DNA from: Phoronis australis
Lineage: Eukaryota > Animalia > Phoronida
Assembly (NCBI GenBank): GCA_002633005.1
Contig: NMRA01000171.1
Span: 186,001-250,000 of the forward strand
Direction: 5' to 3'
DNA: 64,000 bases
This document shows, piece after piece, positions 63,353 to 64,000 of the stretch; position 1 is the first letter of the stretch, and each line of letters opens with the position of its first letter. The notes below the pieces were generated by a model, which did no database searches, was not told where the DNA came from, and saw only the letters and a list, made by a program, of their open reading frames with translations. The translations under genes were made by a program, and so were the position numbers.

Positions 63353-64000
63353 CTGCAAAAATACTCAGACTTATGAGCATACAGGTTGGGACACAAAAAA
63401 GGTAATCCTTTTTAGTCATTTTTTTTTTAAAGTTAGTGACACAGTGATACAGCATTCTTGAAACATACTTTTAATTGAAAAGTTACTGGAAAAACAATCA
63501 GCTCAAAAAGATGTAAGCATGGAGCAAAACCAACAAACAACATTAATAGGCTTATGACATACAGTATAAGGCAGAAGTAATCAGACAAAGTAAGCTGCAA
63601 TTCCCTGTCATGACAGCCGAGTGGAAACTGAACTCATGGTCAGAGTAGTCTCCCCTGATGACGACTAACAATGAAGGGGAATTAACTGAAAAGTTAGTAA
63701 GGTGTCTAAGCCATTCTGTAATTAGATTTTTTTTCAGCTCTAATACTTATGAACAGTCATGTTTACTGTTAACAAAATTAGCCATCATAAAGAAAACGGT
63801 ATTTTGTTTGATTACTTTCGTCACCTTGTGCAGCACAATGGCTAACAACAAAATTTATCTATTAGAGAAACACGTTTTATACCATTTGTGTGAAGGTCAC
63901 CACAGTTAATCAGTAATAGAGTTCAATATTCAATACAAATTAACTTAACCAGCCCAAGACTGGTGCATTCCCCTGTTTATATCAAGGTTAAACATTAACA

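Overview
AT-rich, intron- and transposon-rich animal genomic DNA, probably a marine invertebrate; the species cannot be assigned from the sequence. Host genes rebuilt by hand from GT-AG splice sites: (1) two tandem paralogous two-exon genes encoding small secreted prepropeptides, at 1481-5188 and 15294-19150 (+). Each has a signal peptide, an acidic pro-region, a KR site and a C-terminal C-x6-C peptide resembling allatostatin-C/somatostatin-type peptides. The ORF track misses them because the signal exon is only 63 nt. (2) A complete 7-exon HOGA1 (33101-23667, -, 338 aa). (3) A divergently transcribed gene with five C2H2 zinc fingers (35434-39722, +, 267 aa). (4) The last two coding exons of MMS19 (63352-61601, -). 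The rest is repeats and decayed mobile DNA: a TTAA-flanked Kolobok-type element with a THAP remnant, hAT remnants, several Gypsy fragments, LINE and Penelope pieces (one with a hammerhead core), Helentron/HINE-like elements, MITEs and microsatellites. Three near-identical tandem duplications are each joined by a single N and are probably assembly or haplotype artefacts. The most interesting signal is the peptide gene pair: signal and pro-regions are conserved while the mature peptides differ at 8 of 18 residues, a pattern typical of toxin or pheromone families.
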